Source: an uncultured Pseudomonadota bacterium | GTDB lineage: Bacteria; Pseudomonadota; Alphaproteobacteria; Acetobacterales; Acetobacteraceae | Direction of reading: 5' to 3' | DNA: 64,000 nucleotides | Assembly: GCA_963822675.1 (NCBI GenBank) | Contig: CAWGIP010000009.1 | Span: forward strand, 22,665 to 86,664 | In this document: piece after piece, positions 21,861 to 32,951 of the stretch | How positions within the stretch are numbered: the stretch's first letter is position 1 | How the letters are laid out: every line of letters starts with the position of its first letter | Made by a program: the position numbers and the translations under genes | The notes under the pieces: model-generated | Told to the model about the DNA's origin: nothing | What the model saw: the letters and a program-made list of their open reading frames with translations, nothing else | The model's database searches: none

Positions 21861-22770
21861 TTAGGCTGGTTGTGCCCGATCTAGGCTGATGCGGTAGACG
21901 CGCGCCGCCGTACCGGCGAGGATCATTTCCTGTTCCGGCGGGGATCTGTCTGCAATGGCCTTGCGATAGGCAGCGATCAGATCGGCGTAGTCCGTCCACA
22001 GTTTCTCGATCGGGAAGTTCGAGCCGAACAGGCAGCGCTCGGCGCCGAAAATGTCGATGGTCTCATTACATATCGCGTTGATATGCACGGGATCGTTGCA
22101 ATGAATGAAGGTGCCGAGCCCTGAGAGTTTGACGACGACGTTGCGGCACCCGACAAGCCGTCGCATGCCCGATTGCCATGCGGCCCAGCCCGCATCGGAC
22201 AGGTCTTCCAGCATGCCGGCATGCTGTAGGATGAAGGTCACGTCGGGGCATGCACTCGCGAGTTGCGCGGCTTGCTCCATTTGCGGCGCGAAGACCTGCA
22301 ATTCGAATGCCCAGCCATAGATCGGCAAGCCGCGCAATATTGCGCTGCACCCCCGGGTGCGCGGCGAGGTCAGGCTGCGCAGCGAACCGGTATTGCGGAT
22401 TTTCGTGCCAATGGAGCTGCATGCGCACCGCGCGCATCAGTGGGTATTTGGCAAGGCGATCAAGCTGCGATCGCACATCGTTCGCCGCAAAATCCGCATA
22501 ACCGGTGATGGCGTGCGGCCAGCCGGCCTCCTCCGCTACCGATTGCACCCCGGCCACTTCATCCTCAAAGCGTTCGGGCGACCAGTTCGCCTGTACATAG
22601 ACCGAGGCTGCAACTCCGTTGCCGGCGATGTCACGCAGATACTCCGCAATTGTGTAGTCGCGCCGGATCGGGTCGTATGGACCGAAAATTCGCGGCTGCA
22701 TGGGTCCGGCCAACCACGGCAGGTCGTCGCGCCGCCAGATGTGGTGATGCGCGTCGATAGCGGCTATCAT
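21861..22770 (-). CDS. amidohydrolase-2 family (PF04909-like, e.g. LigI / fuconolactonase type) metal-dependent hydrolase, one apparent frameshift near 22300
   Basis: MIAAIDAHHHIW start. C-terminal half (ILQHAGM...KLSGLG...LFGSNFPIEK) is in ORF 21861-22337. Confidence 0.6.
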
Positions 22771-22772
22771 GC

Positions 22773-23888
22773 CTATCGCATCCTTGCCGAGCGATTGAGC
22801 ATGTAATCGCAGAGCGACTGAGTGGAGCCGCCGGCGGCGAAATCGTCGATGAACGGCAAAATCGCCTTGAGCGCTTCCGTTTCAATCCTGTAGTCCGGAC
22901 CAAGCGCCAGCGGCGAGAGCCACGCAACCCGCCAGGCAAGCTGCTTGAGCCGCCGCACGGAACTAAGCATCAGCCCCGGCCCTCCCCGTTCGAGCCCATC
23001 CGAAACCATCAGCACCAGCGCGCCCCGCGCGTAACCCGCGAAACGGGGGATCGCGAGAAAAGTGGCGAACGCCTCACCTATCCGTGTTCCGCCGCTCCAG
23101 TCCGCAACAAGGTCGGAGGCCTCGGCCAACGCCAGCGCGCGATCCTTGTACCGCATCGCATGCGTCACGCGCGTAAGCCGCGTGCCAAAAGTGAACACCT
23201 CGACCTGTTCCGCCGCGCGGCTCAGCGCATGTGCGAATCGCAAATGCGCATCGGTTCCCTGCTTCATCGAGCCGGAAACGTCGATCAGCAGCAGAAGCTT
23301 GCGCAATCTCGGCTTGCGCGCCCGGCGGACCAGTCGCGCCACGTCGCCATCATTGTGCACCAGATCGCGGAGCGAACGGCGCAAGTCTATCGTCCGGCCT
23401 TGCGGGCGAACGATGAAACGTGAGCCTCGCCGGCGCGGCAGTCGTACCGGCGCCGACCGGACAAAGCGACGTAGCAGCATCGCGTCATCGCCCGCCGCAA
23501 GACGTCGCGGCGACAGGATTTCGGCACGCGTTGCAGCGCTGCCTGCTTCGTTGGCAGCTTCCGCCGCTTCGGGCTGTGCGCCAAAGCGGGCGGCGTCGCG
23601 TGCGCGCCCGGGTTCGTCCTCGGAGGCGTCGGTCTCACCTTTATCCAGCGCGACTTCGCCAAGGAAATGCGCGCGGAACAGCGCCTCGAATTCGGCGTGC
23701 CGTTCAGGGGGTGGCCCGAACAGCGCGTGCGCCGCGCGCAGCACGTCAGGCGTACCGCGCGGACCGAGCAACGAGATTGCGGACAGAAACCCGGCTGTCT
23801 GTTCCGGCGCGGCGGGGAAGCCGTGCGCGCGCAGGACCGAACCAAAGCGAATGAAGGGCGCAAGAACAGCGATATTGGTTCCGTTCAT
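22773..23888 (-). CDS. coxE: VWA-domain protein, CoxE family
   Basis: MNGTNIAVLAPFIRFGSVLRAHGF start. C-terminal VWA (LLLIDVSGSM). ATGA overlap with coxD. Confidence 0.75.
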   Translation of the reverse strand: MNGTNIAVLAPFIRFGSVLRAHGFPAAPEQTAGFLSAISLLGPRGTPDVLRAAHALFGPPPERHAEFEALFRAHFLGEVALDKGETDASEDEPGRARDAARFGAQPEAAEAANEAGSAATRAEILSPRRLAAGDDAMLLRRFVRSAPVRLPRRRGSRFIVRPQGRTIDLRRSLRDLVHNDGDVARLVRRARKPRLRKLLLLIDVSGSMKQGTDAHLRFAHALSRAAEQVEVFTFGTRLTRVTHAMRYKDRALALAEASDLVADWSGGTRIGEAFATFLAIPRFAGYARGALVLMVSDGLERGGPGLMLSSVRRLKQLAWRVAWLSPLALGPDYRIETEALKAILPFIDDFAAGGSTQSLCDYMLNRSARMR

Positions 23889-24766
23889 GCCACGTTCGCC
23901 GTGATCAGGGTGTCGAGACGGGGCGCGATGAAGGCGAGGTCTTCCTCGTCCTTGAGTGCAACGCCGATCGATTGGCGGAATGCCTCCGGCCAATTGCGCC
24001 CGCGATGTGCGAGCAATGTCGCCGCTTCCGCCCAATCGACAGCCTCCGCCACACCGGGCGGCTTGGCCAGCGGCTCCTGCCGCATCCGGCCTACCGCGGC
24101 GACTACGGCACGCGCCGTCGCCTGAGCGACCGAGGAAGCGCGCAGCATAATGATGTGCGCCTCTCGCTCGGCGTCCGGGTAGGGGATCCAGTGATAAACG
24201 CAACGACGGCGCAACGCCTCGTGCAGATCGCGCGTGCGGTTCGAGGTCAGCACTACGACCGGGCGCTCGTAGGCGCGCAAGGTGCCGCGCTCCGGGATGG
24301 AAATGGAGAAGTCGGACAGGAACTCCAGAAGGAATGCCTCGAACTCATGATCGGATCGGTCGATCTCGTCGATCAGCAGCACCGAGCTGTCCGGCCTGCG
24401 CAGTGCGCGCAGCATCGGGCGCTCGATCAGGAATTCGTCCGTGAAGATGTCGAGCGGCGCCTCGCCGGCCCGGCGGATGGCAAGCAACTGACGCGGATAG
24501 TTCCATTCGTAGAGCGCCGCAGTGGCGTCGATTCCTTCGTAGCATTGCAGGCGGATCAGGTCGCGCGCGAGCACACCGGAAAGCGCCTTGGCCGCCTCCG
24601 TCTTGCCGACGCCGGGTGCTCCTTCCAGCAGCAGCGGCTTGCCGAGCGCCAACGCCAGATAGGCTGCGGTGGCCAGCCCGTCATCCGCGAGGTAGTAGGC
24701 GGCGTGCATCGCCTTCGCGAGCGCCTCCGGCGCGTCGATGCCGGCAATCTGGTTGCGAACCGTCAC
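23885..24766 (-). CDS. coxD: MoxR-like AAA+ ATPase, CoxD family
   Basis: Walker A LLEGAPGVGKTE; Walker B LLIDEIDR; probable GTG start overlapping the coxL stop. Confidence 0.75.
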   Translation of the reverse strand: MTVRNQIAGIDAPEALAKAMHAAYYLADDGLATAAYLALALGKPLLLEGAPGVGKTEAAKALSGVLARDLIRLQCYEGIDATAALYEWNYPRQLLAIRRAGEAPLDIFTDEFLIERPMLRALRRPDSSVLLIDEIDRSDHEFEAFLLEFLSDFSISIPERGTLRAYERPVVVLTSNRTRDLHEALRRRCVYHWIPYPDAEREAHIIMLRASSVAQATARAVVAAVGRMRQEPLAKPPGVAEAVDWAEAATLLAHRGRNWPEAFRQSIGVALKDEEDLAFIAPRLDTLITANVA

Positions 24767-27407
24767 CCCCTGGCCCCGGACTGGGGTCGCGCGCCCCCTT
24801 GCGCCCTGATCGCGCGCAGCACCTTCTCCGGCGTGATCGGCAATTCGTCGATCCTGACGCCCACCGCGTTGAAGATCGCATTGGCGACCGCCGGCAGCAC
24901 CGGATTGGCGCACATCTCGCCCGGCCCCTTGCCGCCGAATGGTCCATCCGGCGCCGGGCGCTCCAACACGGCGATATCATGCGGGCAGGTATCGCCCGGA
25001 CCGGGCATCAGATACTCGTTGAAATCGCGCGGGCCGTGCGAGGGATCGGGATAATAAGGTTCGGGAGTTTCGAAAAGCGCGTGGCTTAATCCCATCCAGG
25101 CGCCGCCAACCAATTGCTGTTCGACCATGCGTGGGTTGAGCGCGCGGCCAAGCTCGTAGGCGGAATCCATGCGCACGACCGAGACCTCGCCGGTTTCGTC
25201 GTCAACCTCCACCTCCGCCACCAGGCACGCATGCGCGTAGCAAGTGGCAGGCGTCATTTCGCCGGTTTCGGGATCGACACTCGACAGCGGCACGAGGAAG
25301 ATGCCACGTCCGGCAATTGTCTTGCCCTGCCGGAATTGCGCGGCGATCGCGACCTCGCGCGTGGAGATCGAGCGGTGCGGCGCGCCGCGCACATGGATGT
25401 TGCCGGCGCCGTCGGTTTCCAGATCGGCAGGGTTGACCTCCAGTTCCTCGGCCGCGGCCTCCATCATAACAGCGCGGGCCTCGCGCGCGGCCACCATCAC
25501 CGCGTTGCCGACCCGATGCGTGCCGCGCGAAGCGAAGGAGCCCATGTCATGCGGGCCTGTGTCGGAATCGGCGGTGTCCACGTACACGTCCTCGACCGGC
25601 ACGCCCAGGGTCTCCGCCGCGATTTGCCGTGCTACGGACTTCATGCCTTGGCCGAGATCGATCGCCGAAAGGGATACTGTGAACTTGCCGCTCGGGTTCG
25701 AATGCACAAGGGCTTGGCTCGGATCGCCGCCGAGATTTATTCCGATCGGATAGTTGATGGAAGCCATGCCGCGACCGCGATGCTTTGCCATGATCAGCGC
25801 CGCCGCGTGCCGAAAACGGAGGAGAAGCGCAATGCCCCGTGCTGCTGCGGTCGTGGCTGTGCCGGGGGCGGTGGGGGCGGTGTTGATGAAGCGGACAGGG
25901 GTGGCGATGGAGCGACGGCGGGTGTCTTCGAAAAACCGAAAGCCGATTGATCCACGACTGGCCGTTCGATTGCAACGGGCGTGGCTGGCCGGTCAGCAGC
26001 GACACGCGCCGGCTTGGGTGCGTGTGCCGGCTCGCCCTTGCCGTCCGCTCGCGAGGACATGCGCCTGAATTGCTCACGGATCGGCCATTTCGCCTTCTCC
26101 GCTGCGACCTGCACGCATTCGATCAGCGCGCAATTCTTCGCCTCCCGCCGGTGCGCCTTCATGTCGCCGTCGCGATAGGCATTGAGGATGCGAAACTCCA
26201 TCGGGTCCATGCCAATGAGATGCGCGAGCTTGTCCATCTGGCACTCGATGGCGAAATCCACTGCGGTAACGCCGAAGCCGCGCATCGCGGTCGCGGGGAC
26301 CCGGTTGGTGTAAACGCAATAGAGATCCGCGCGGACATTGGGGATCGTGTACGGTCCCGGAACATGCGCTGCGCATTTGACGACGGCGTAGCTGGACAGT
26401 CTGGTATAAGCGCCACTGTCGAAATACCCGGTGATCTGGCGGGCGACGATGCGCCCGTCGCGCATCACGCCATCCTTCACATAGATGCGCTCGGCCCCGC
26501 GCGGGGAGCCGAACTGCATCTCCTCCTCGCGCCCCAGCCGATAGCGCACGGGCCGGCCGGTCAGCATCGCGCCCAAAGTGGCGAGCGGCTCGGTAAGCGT
26601 ATCGACCTTGCCACCGAACCCGCCGCCGACCGTTCCGCCGACGAAGTGCAGCCGGTTGGAAGGAACGTCCAGGATCTTCGCGCAGGTGTCGAGCGAAAAG
26701 AACATCGCCTGCGTGCATGTATAGACCACGAATCGATTGTTGGTTTCTGGCGCAACAATCGCTCCGTTCGTCTCAGTCGGCGCGTGCTCGATCGGCGACA
26801 TCTGATAGCGCTGCTCCAGCACGTGATCGGCGGCAGCGAAGCCCGTGGCGACATCACCGAAGCGCAGCTTCTGATGGTTGTATTTGTCGTGATAGATGAA
26901 CGCGTTGCCGGGATATACCTCGTTGACGACCGGCGCCCCCGGTTCGAGCGCCTTTTCCACGTCTAACACGGCCGGCAGGACGTCATAATCGACGCGCACG
27001 CGCGCCAGAGCTTCGAACGCCTCTCGCTCGGTATCGGCGACAATCGCGACGATCGGTTCGCCCTTGTAGCGGACCTTATCGGTCGCGAGCGACGGCTCGT
27101 CGTCCTTGCCGAAGTTCAGCAGGCTGAGCAGCGTGTTCAGGTTCACCGGAACATCGGCGCCGCGGATCACCCGCCGGACGCCGGGCGCGCGCTCGGCGGC
27201 GGAAGCATCGACGGCGCGGATGCGGGCGTGATGATGCGGCGAGCGAAGCACCTTCAAGTGCAGCATGCCGGCGAGCTTGTGGTCGTCGTAATAGGTGGAG
27301 GTGCCGGTCACATGGCCGAGGATGTCCTGTCGCTGCGTCGGCTTGCCGACTTCTTTCAGGTTGTCTTCGCGTTCGTCGGCGAAGATCTGCTTGCGCAGTT
27401 CCAGCAT
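24763..27407 (-). CDS. xanthine dehydrogenase-family molybdopterin large subunit (CoxL-like), one apparent frameshift near 25800
   Basis: MLELRKQIF start at 27407. GGGFGGK motif. The C-terminal about 340 aa are in ORF 24763-25791. Neither the form I AYXCSFR nor the form II AYRGAGR active-site loop was seen. Confidence 0.75.
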
Positions 27408-27418
27408 CGTAGGCGCCG

Positions 27419-27920
27419 TCAGGCGTGGCGCCGTTCGGCAGAGCTGCCGACGACGGCCAGGATTGCCGTAATGATCGGTTCGTAGCCGGTGCAGCGGCAG
27501 ATATTGCCGCCGATCGCTTCGACGACGTCCGCGCGGGTTGGGTGCGGGTTGCGGTCGAGCAGCGCCTTCGCGGCCATCAGCATGCCGGGCGTGCAGAAGC
27601 CGCACTGGGCAGCGAAATGCTCCATGAAGGCACTCTGCAAGGGATGCAGCGCCGGTCCGCCGCGTAGCCCGGCCACGGTCGTAACGGCGCGCCCAGCGAC
27701 CGTTTCGGCCAGCGTCAGACAGGCGAGATGCGGCGCGCCGTCGATCAGCACCGTGCACGCGCCACATGTTCCCTGACCGCAGCCGAATTTCGACCGTTGT
27801 GTCGCCGATTGCCTCGCGCAACAGCGTCAGCAGACTGGCTCCACCATCCGCAAAAGCGGCAACCGGACTGGCGTTCAGGGTGAATTGCACGGGTGTTTTC
27901 ACGGGCTTGGCCTCTGTCAC
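27419..27920 (-). CDS. (2Fe-2S)-binding small subunit (CoxS-like), one frameshift near 27800
   Basis: FGCGQGTCGACTVLIDG is only visible after shifting frame from the N-terminal VKTPVQFTLNASPV. The second cluster CGFCTPGM is in ORF 27419-27751. Confidence 0.75.
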
Positions 27921-28740
27921 CCTTGCCCCAACAACAGGCGCCGCAGATGCACCGGGAGAACTTCCCGCCGATACCACGCGCTGGCGATGGCGTCGGTCGG
28001 GGGAGACGTTCCCTCGGCCGCGATGCGCAGCGCTTCTGCGATGCCGGCGGGATTTATGGCCTGTCCGGAGAGCGCGCGTTCGACGGGGCGCGCCCGGATC
28101 GGCGTCGGCGCCATCGCGCCATAGGCAACGCGTATGTCGCCCAATCTGCCGCCGGAGGAAGGCAAATGGGCCGCAATCGACAGCACAGAAATACCCTTTG
28201 GACGGACGCGGGGGATTTTTACGAAGCGAAACGACGCGGCGCCGCCCGTCGGCCGGTTGAGAAGTACGCTGGCCACCAGCGGCGTCGCTTGACGGTTCCG
28301 CGCGGCCAGCAATTCCTCAAGCGGCATTTCCCGCCGCCCATACCCCCCGGCGACCGTAACCATCGCATCTAGCGCGAGCAGCGCCACCGCGAAATCGCCA
28401 TAGGGCGAAGGTGCGAACAGATTGCCGCCGACCGTCGCCATGCACCGCACCGCCGGCCCGCCGATGCCACGCGCGGTCTGGTGCAAGAAAGCAAGATCGC
28501 TGTTGCCGAGCACTTGCGTCATGGTGACGCCCGCGCCGATCTCGATGCGTCCGCCAGCGAGGCGAATTTCGCCCAGCGCCCGATCGGTGCTGCGCACGAT
28601 GGAGGCGATGGAAACGTCCCCTTCGTTCAGTGCGCGCATCACCAGCGTGCCACCCGCCAAGATAGCGCGCACCACGCTCGCTGCTCACGGCCGAGGCCGC
28701 TTCGCCGAGCGTTGCGAACGTCTTGACCGTGACGGCCATG
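27917..28740 (-). CDS. FAD-binding medium subunit (CoxM-like), one frameshift near 28670
   Basis: MAVTVKTFATLGEAASAV start (28740), then GGTLVMRALNEGD... in ORF 27917-28675. Confidence 0.7.
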
Positions 28741-29185
28741 CTAGGCCGCCACCTGAAGGTGCCGACGCACCGCCTCGAACCCTGCCTGATAGACGTCCTC
28801 GCCCACCATCCGCGCGAGCGCGCGTTCTTCGCCCGGCCGGCGTGTCGAAACGCGATTCCCAGTGCCAGAACGTGCGATCGCCGTCGGTCACGGGCAGCAA
28901 TCGGACATGGGCGACGTAGTTCAGCAGCGGGATCGGCGTGTCCAGCAGGCAATAGCTGAAGCTCTGTTCCAGATCGGAGAGCGTCAGCAACTGCTCGCGC
29001 AATTCCGATCCGTCGGCGAGAATGAAGCGCCGCACGCAGCCGATCCGGTCCGAAGGCTGGCCGCGCTCGATCAGGCTGCTTGTCACGAGCGGATGCCAAA
29101 CATCGTGGCCGTTGAAATCGCGCAGCAGCGCCCAGACGGTGCCCGCTTCGACGTCCAAAATCGTGCTGCGCACCACCTTTACCAC
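28741..29185 (-). CDS. SRPBCC (Bet v1-like / polyketide cyclase-CoxG type) protein, paralog 1, C-terminus frame-shifted
   Basis: MVKVVRSTILDVEAGTVWALLRDFNGHDVWHP... The rebuilt end ...GEDVYQAGFEAVRRHLQVAA* abuts the coxM start. Confidence 0.6.
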
Positions 29186-29190
29186 GCGCC

Positions 29191-29630
29191 TCAGCCCCCG
29201 AAATACCGCTTGAGCGCGTCGAAACCGGTCTGGAACACGCCAGTGCCGATGTTCTGTTCAAGCTCCGTACGCCGCTCCGGAGCGCACTCGAACTCCGCCG
29301 TCCACTCAATGAAAGTGCGATCCTGATCGGTGATCGGCGTCAGTCTCAATGTCGCCACATAATCCTCAAGCGGCATGGGCGATTCCAGGATGGAGTAGGT
29401 GCAGAACATGTCGTAGTCGGACAGGCCGAGAAGTTTCTCGCGCAGCCGATCGCCATTGCGCAGCCGGAAGTCGCGCACGCAGCCGATACGGTCCGACGGT
29501 TCACCGTTCTCGATACGGCTTTCGCGCGATGCCCGGATGCCAGTTTGGCAAGGCGTTGAAATCGCGCACCCGCGCCCAGACCCGCGCGACTGGCGCAGCA
29601 ATGACGCTGGAGGTATAGACGCGCGCCATC
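29191..29630 (-). CDS. SRPBCC protein, paralog 2, one frameshift near 29520
   Basis: N-terminus MARVYTSSVIAAPVARVWARVRDFNALPNWHP (ORF 29501-29716) and the body (ORF 29191-29601) align with paralog 1 (PSDRIGCVR, DRTF.W). It ends ...VFQTGFDALKRYFGG. Confidence 0.6.
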
Positions 29631-29633
29631 GCC

Positions 29634-32600
29634 TCAGGACCGGCCTGGCTCGTCGGACGCCGTATCCGCTTGCGCTGCTGGTCGCGGAGCCGACTTGCCG
29701 GCGCTCTCCTTCGCAATGCGCTGCATGTCGCTCGCTTCGCGGATAAGGTTGCCCATGCGCGCGATGCTGCCGCCCTCGATGCCGATTTCCTTCAGGATCT
29801 GATCGACCATCGGCGCCTGGATGCGATAGCGCAGCGCCGAGTTGATGACCTCATCAGTGGGATTACGTCCGCCGCCGCCATTACCGTTGCCGCCGCCCAG
29901 CCCGTCCACTTGCAGGATGCGGATACCCTCGATCTTTTCCATTGGTTTGACGCTCTCGCGCACGATGCCCTCGATCCGGTCGAGCAGGCGGCGACGGAAC
30001 AGCGCCGGCCCGCGCCTCGTCCGTCAGGATGTTTTCGGCCTCATAGAGCAGTTTCTGCGCCTCAGCTTCCACTGCGGCACGCACTTTCGCCGCCTCGGCA
30101 GCAATGCGCGTTTCTTCGGCGGCCTTTTCGGCGATCAGCACCTCCACGAGCCTACGCCGCCGTTGCGGCTTCGGTTTCCTGCGCCGTCCGCACCCGCTCC
30201 TCCGCTTCCGTCGCCTTAGCGCGGGCGATCTCGGCTTCGATCTTTGCCGCCGATTGCTGGAGCGACTTCTGGAAAAGGGTGATGGCCTTCTCCATCGCCG
30301 CCGCTTCCACTTCGCGCTCGCGCTCGATCTCCAGCGTGCGCAAATCCCGCTCGCGCCCGATGCGGGCCTGGTCAAGCCCGCGTTCGGAAGCGATCCGCGC
30401 CCGCTCGATCTCCTCGCGCGCCGCGATCTCGGCTTCCTGCAAGGACTGTGAACGCGCTACTTCCAACTGTTCCAGGACGCGTCGCCGTTCCAGCCGCGCC
30501 GTCTCCAGCGCCTGATCGCGCGCGATGTCGACGCGCTCCACGTCCTGGCGCGCGGTCAGCTCGGCCTGCTGGAAATTGCGATCGGCCTGCGTGCGCTCGA
30601 TGCGCTTGCCGGTAAGCGCAATGACGCGGTCTTCCTCGGCCAGTTCCACCGTCTTCTTCTGCTCGATATGCAGCACCTCGCGCTCTTGCTGCGAGCCGAT
30701 GCGGTCTTGCTCCAGAGCGAGTTCGACCGCGATCCTCGTCTTCTCGACCGCTTCGCGCTTGTTGAGTTCCGCCTGCTCCAGGGCCACGGCCCGTGCGATC
30801 TCACGCGCGCGCGTCGCTTCCTCGGCGGCAATGCGCTGCGCTGCGACCGCACGCTCCTGCTCGACCCGTGCGATCTCAACCTGCCGCCGCGCGGCGATCT
30901 CTGCCGACTCCAACGACTCGTCACGTGCGATTTCCCGAGCGCGCGTTTCGCTCTGGGCGGCGATGCGATCGGCGGCGGTGCGTTTCTCCTGGGCAATGTG
31001 CGCGGCTTCGGTCGTTTCGCGCGCGGCGGTCTCGGCTGCCTCGACCGCTTCGCCGCGGGCAATGTCGCGCTGCCGTGTCGCCTCCTCCGCCGCGATCCGC
31101 TCGGCCGCCAGTGTTTGTTCCTGGCTGATCCGCGCCGCCTCGGTCGCTTCGCGCGCCGCGATCTCGGCCGCTTCCAGCGCCTTCGTGCGGGCAATCTCCA
31201 GCGCGCGCACGCGTTCGTCGAGCCCGATCCGCGCCGTTTCCACCACCTCGCGCGCGGTGAGCGCCGCCTCGTCCAGCCGCCGATTCCGTTCGATTTCGCG
31301 TTGGCGCGTCTCCTGCTCCGCGCCGATGCGCTCCGAAGCCAGCACTTTCTCGCGTGCGATGCGGGCCGCCTCGGTCGCCTGCTGCGCGGCGATCTCCGCC
31401 TCTTCCAGCGCGCGCGTGCGCAGCACTTCCCGTTGGCGCGTGTCCTGATCGGCGGCGATCCGTTCGGCCGAGACAGTTGCCTGCTCGGCGATGCGGAGCT
31501 TTTCGGTTGCCTCGCGTGCAGCGATCTCGGCCTGTTCGACCGCGAGCACGCGCGCGATTTCACGCCGGCGCGTCTCTTCCTCCTTGACGATCCGTGCTTC
31601 CGTCAGCACGCGTTCCTGTTCGATGCGCGCCCGCTCCGTCTCCTCGTGCGCGGCGATGTCGGCCCGCTCCACCGCGCGCGGCGGATTCGATTTCGCGCCG
31701 CCGCGTCTCCTCCTGCTGGGCGATACGCGCCTCGGTCAGTGCCCGTTCCTGAGCAATCCGGGCCCGTTCCACCGCCTCGCGCGCGGCGATCTCGGCCTCG
31801 TCGATCGCCGTGGCGCGCTCGATCTCCCGCTGACGGATATCGCGTTCCGAAGAGATGCGCGTTTCGCTGACCGCCTTCTGCTGGCGGATGCGCATGCGCT
31901 CGATTTCTTCCTGTGCCGTCGTCTGCGCCTGCTCGGCCTCGGTCTCGCGCAGCGCCCGCTCCCGCGCCACCTCGGCCCGCTGCAAGGCCCGCCTTATCTC
32001 CACATCGCGCTGCTGCTCAAGCCGCGCGGTCTCGCCTTCCAGCTCGATTTCCAGCGCTTGCTTTTCCGCCTCCAGGTTGCGCGCCCGGATACGGATCATC
32101 GAATCCTGCTCGATGTGGTTGCGTAGCTTGCGGCGGCCTTCGATCTCCTCGATCAGCTGCGTCAGACCCTCGGCATCGAAGCGGTTGGATGGATTGAAAT
32201 AGGCGAGGTCGGTCTGATCGAGATCGGTGATCGCCACCGATTCCAGTTCGAGCCCGTTCAGGGCAAGCGGTTCAACCGCGGCGTCCCGCACACGCGCCAC
32301 GTATTCGCCACGCCGCTCATGCATTTCCTCCATCGTCATCTCGGCGGCGATCGCGCGTAGGGCGGAGATGAACTTGCCGGACAGCAGCGCGTGCAATTGC
32401 TGCGGCTCCATGGTGCGCCGGCCGAGCGTTGATGCCGCCATCGAGACCGCCTCCCTGAATCGGGCGCACCCGCACGTAGAATTCCGCCGCGATATCGACG
32501 CGCATGCGATCCTTGGTTATCACCGCGTCATCGTTCGCGCGTGTCACCGCCATCTGCAACACGTTCATGTTGACTGGCGTCACGTCGTGGATGAACGGCA

Positions 32601-32775
32601 ACACGAAGGCGCCGGAATTGATCACCACGCGCTCGCCGAACAAGCCGGTGCGAACGAAGGAAACTTCCTTGGACGAGCGCCGGTACAACCAGTTCACGAA
32701 ATAGACCACAATCGCGATGACCGCGACGAGGATGACCAGCCAAAGGATCAACCAGCCGAAGACTTGTCCTGACAT
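29634..32775 (-). CDS. flotillin-like SPFH/Band-7 protein (YqiK/FloT family), about 1046 aa with an expanded 44-aa tandem-repeat coiled coil; several frame disruptions
   Basis: N-terminal TM plus SPFH (MSGQVFGWLILWLVILVAV...VTPVNMNVLQMAVTRANDDAVITKD). Central EATRQREIAR...AEIAAREATEAARIAQE... repeats. C-terminal PMEKIEGIRILQVDGLGGGNGNGGGG...QAPMVDQILKEIGIEGG. Read through at least five ORF frames. Confidence 0.75.
30650..32050. repeat. ~132-bp (44-codon) tandem repeats, about 10-12 units, inside the flotillin gene
   Basis: Recurring gcgcggcgatctc strings at 30893, 31151, 31385 and 31775, spaced at multiples of about 130 bp. The protein shows a recurring E-A-T-R-Q-R-E-I-A-R...A-E-I-A-A-R-E-A-T-E-A-A-R-I unit. 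Confidence 0.6.
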
Positions 32776-32827
32776 CGACGCGCCCCCCTGTGGCGCAGCA
32801 TTTTCCAGATCCTACAGCAATAGCCGT

Positions 32828-32945
32828 TCTTGCGGCTCATTATTTGCCGTTCGACCCCTCCCTAAGCCCTCCCGCAAGGGGAGGGGAAGCTTACGGCTTC
32901 AGACTCCCCGCCCCTTGCGGGAGGGGGCCGGGGGAGGGTTTTCGA
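32828..32945. repeat. GC-rich REP-like hairpin pair (ccctcccgcaaggggaggg and ccccgccccttgcgggaggggg)
   Basis: Two inverted-repeat hairpins in the 176-bp spacer between flotillin and the UPF0261 gene. Confidence 0.5.
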
Positions 32946-32951
32946 GGCATG

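Noticed and set aside
24763-28740. A bona fide aerobic CO dehydrogenase (form I) call
   Set aside because: The gene order matches coxMSL-DE, but the diagnostic AYXCSFR loop is not visible in the large subunit. It is kept as an XDH-family molybdoenzyme of unknown substrate.
30650-32050. CRISPR-like regular repeats
   Set aside because: Periodicity is about 132 bp with no spacer/repeat alternation. It is in-frame coding repeat (flotillin coiled coil), with no cas genes.
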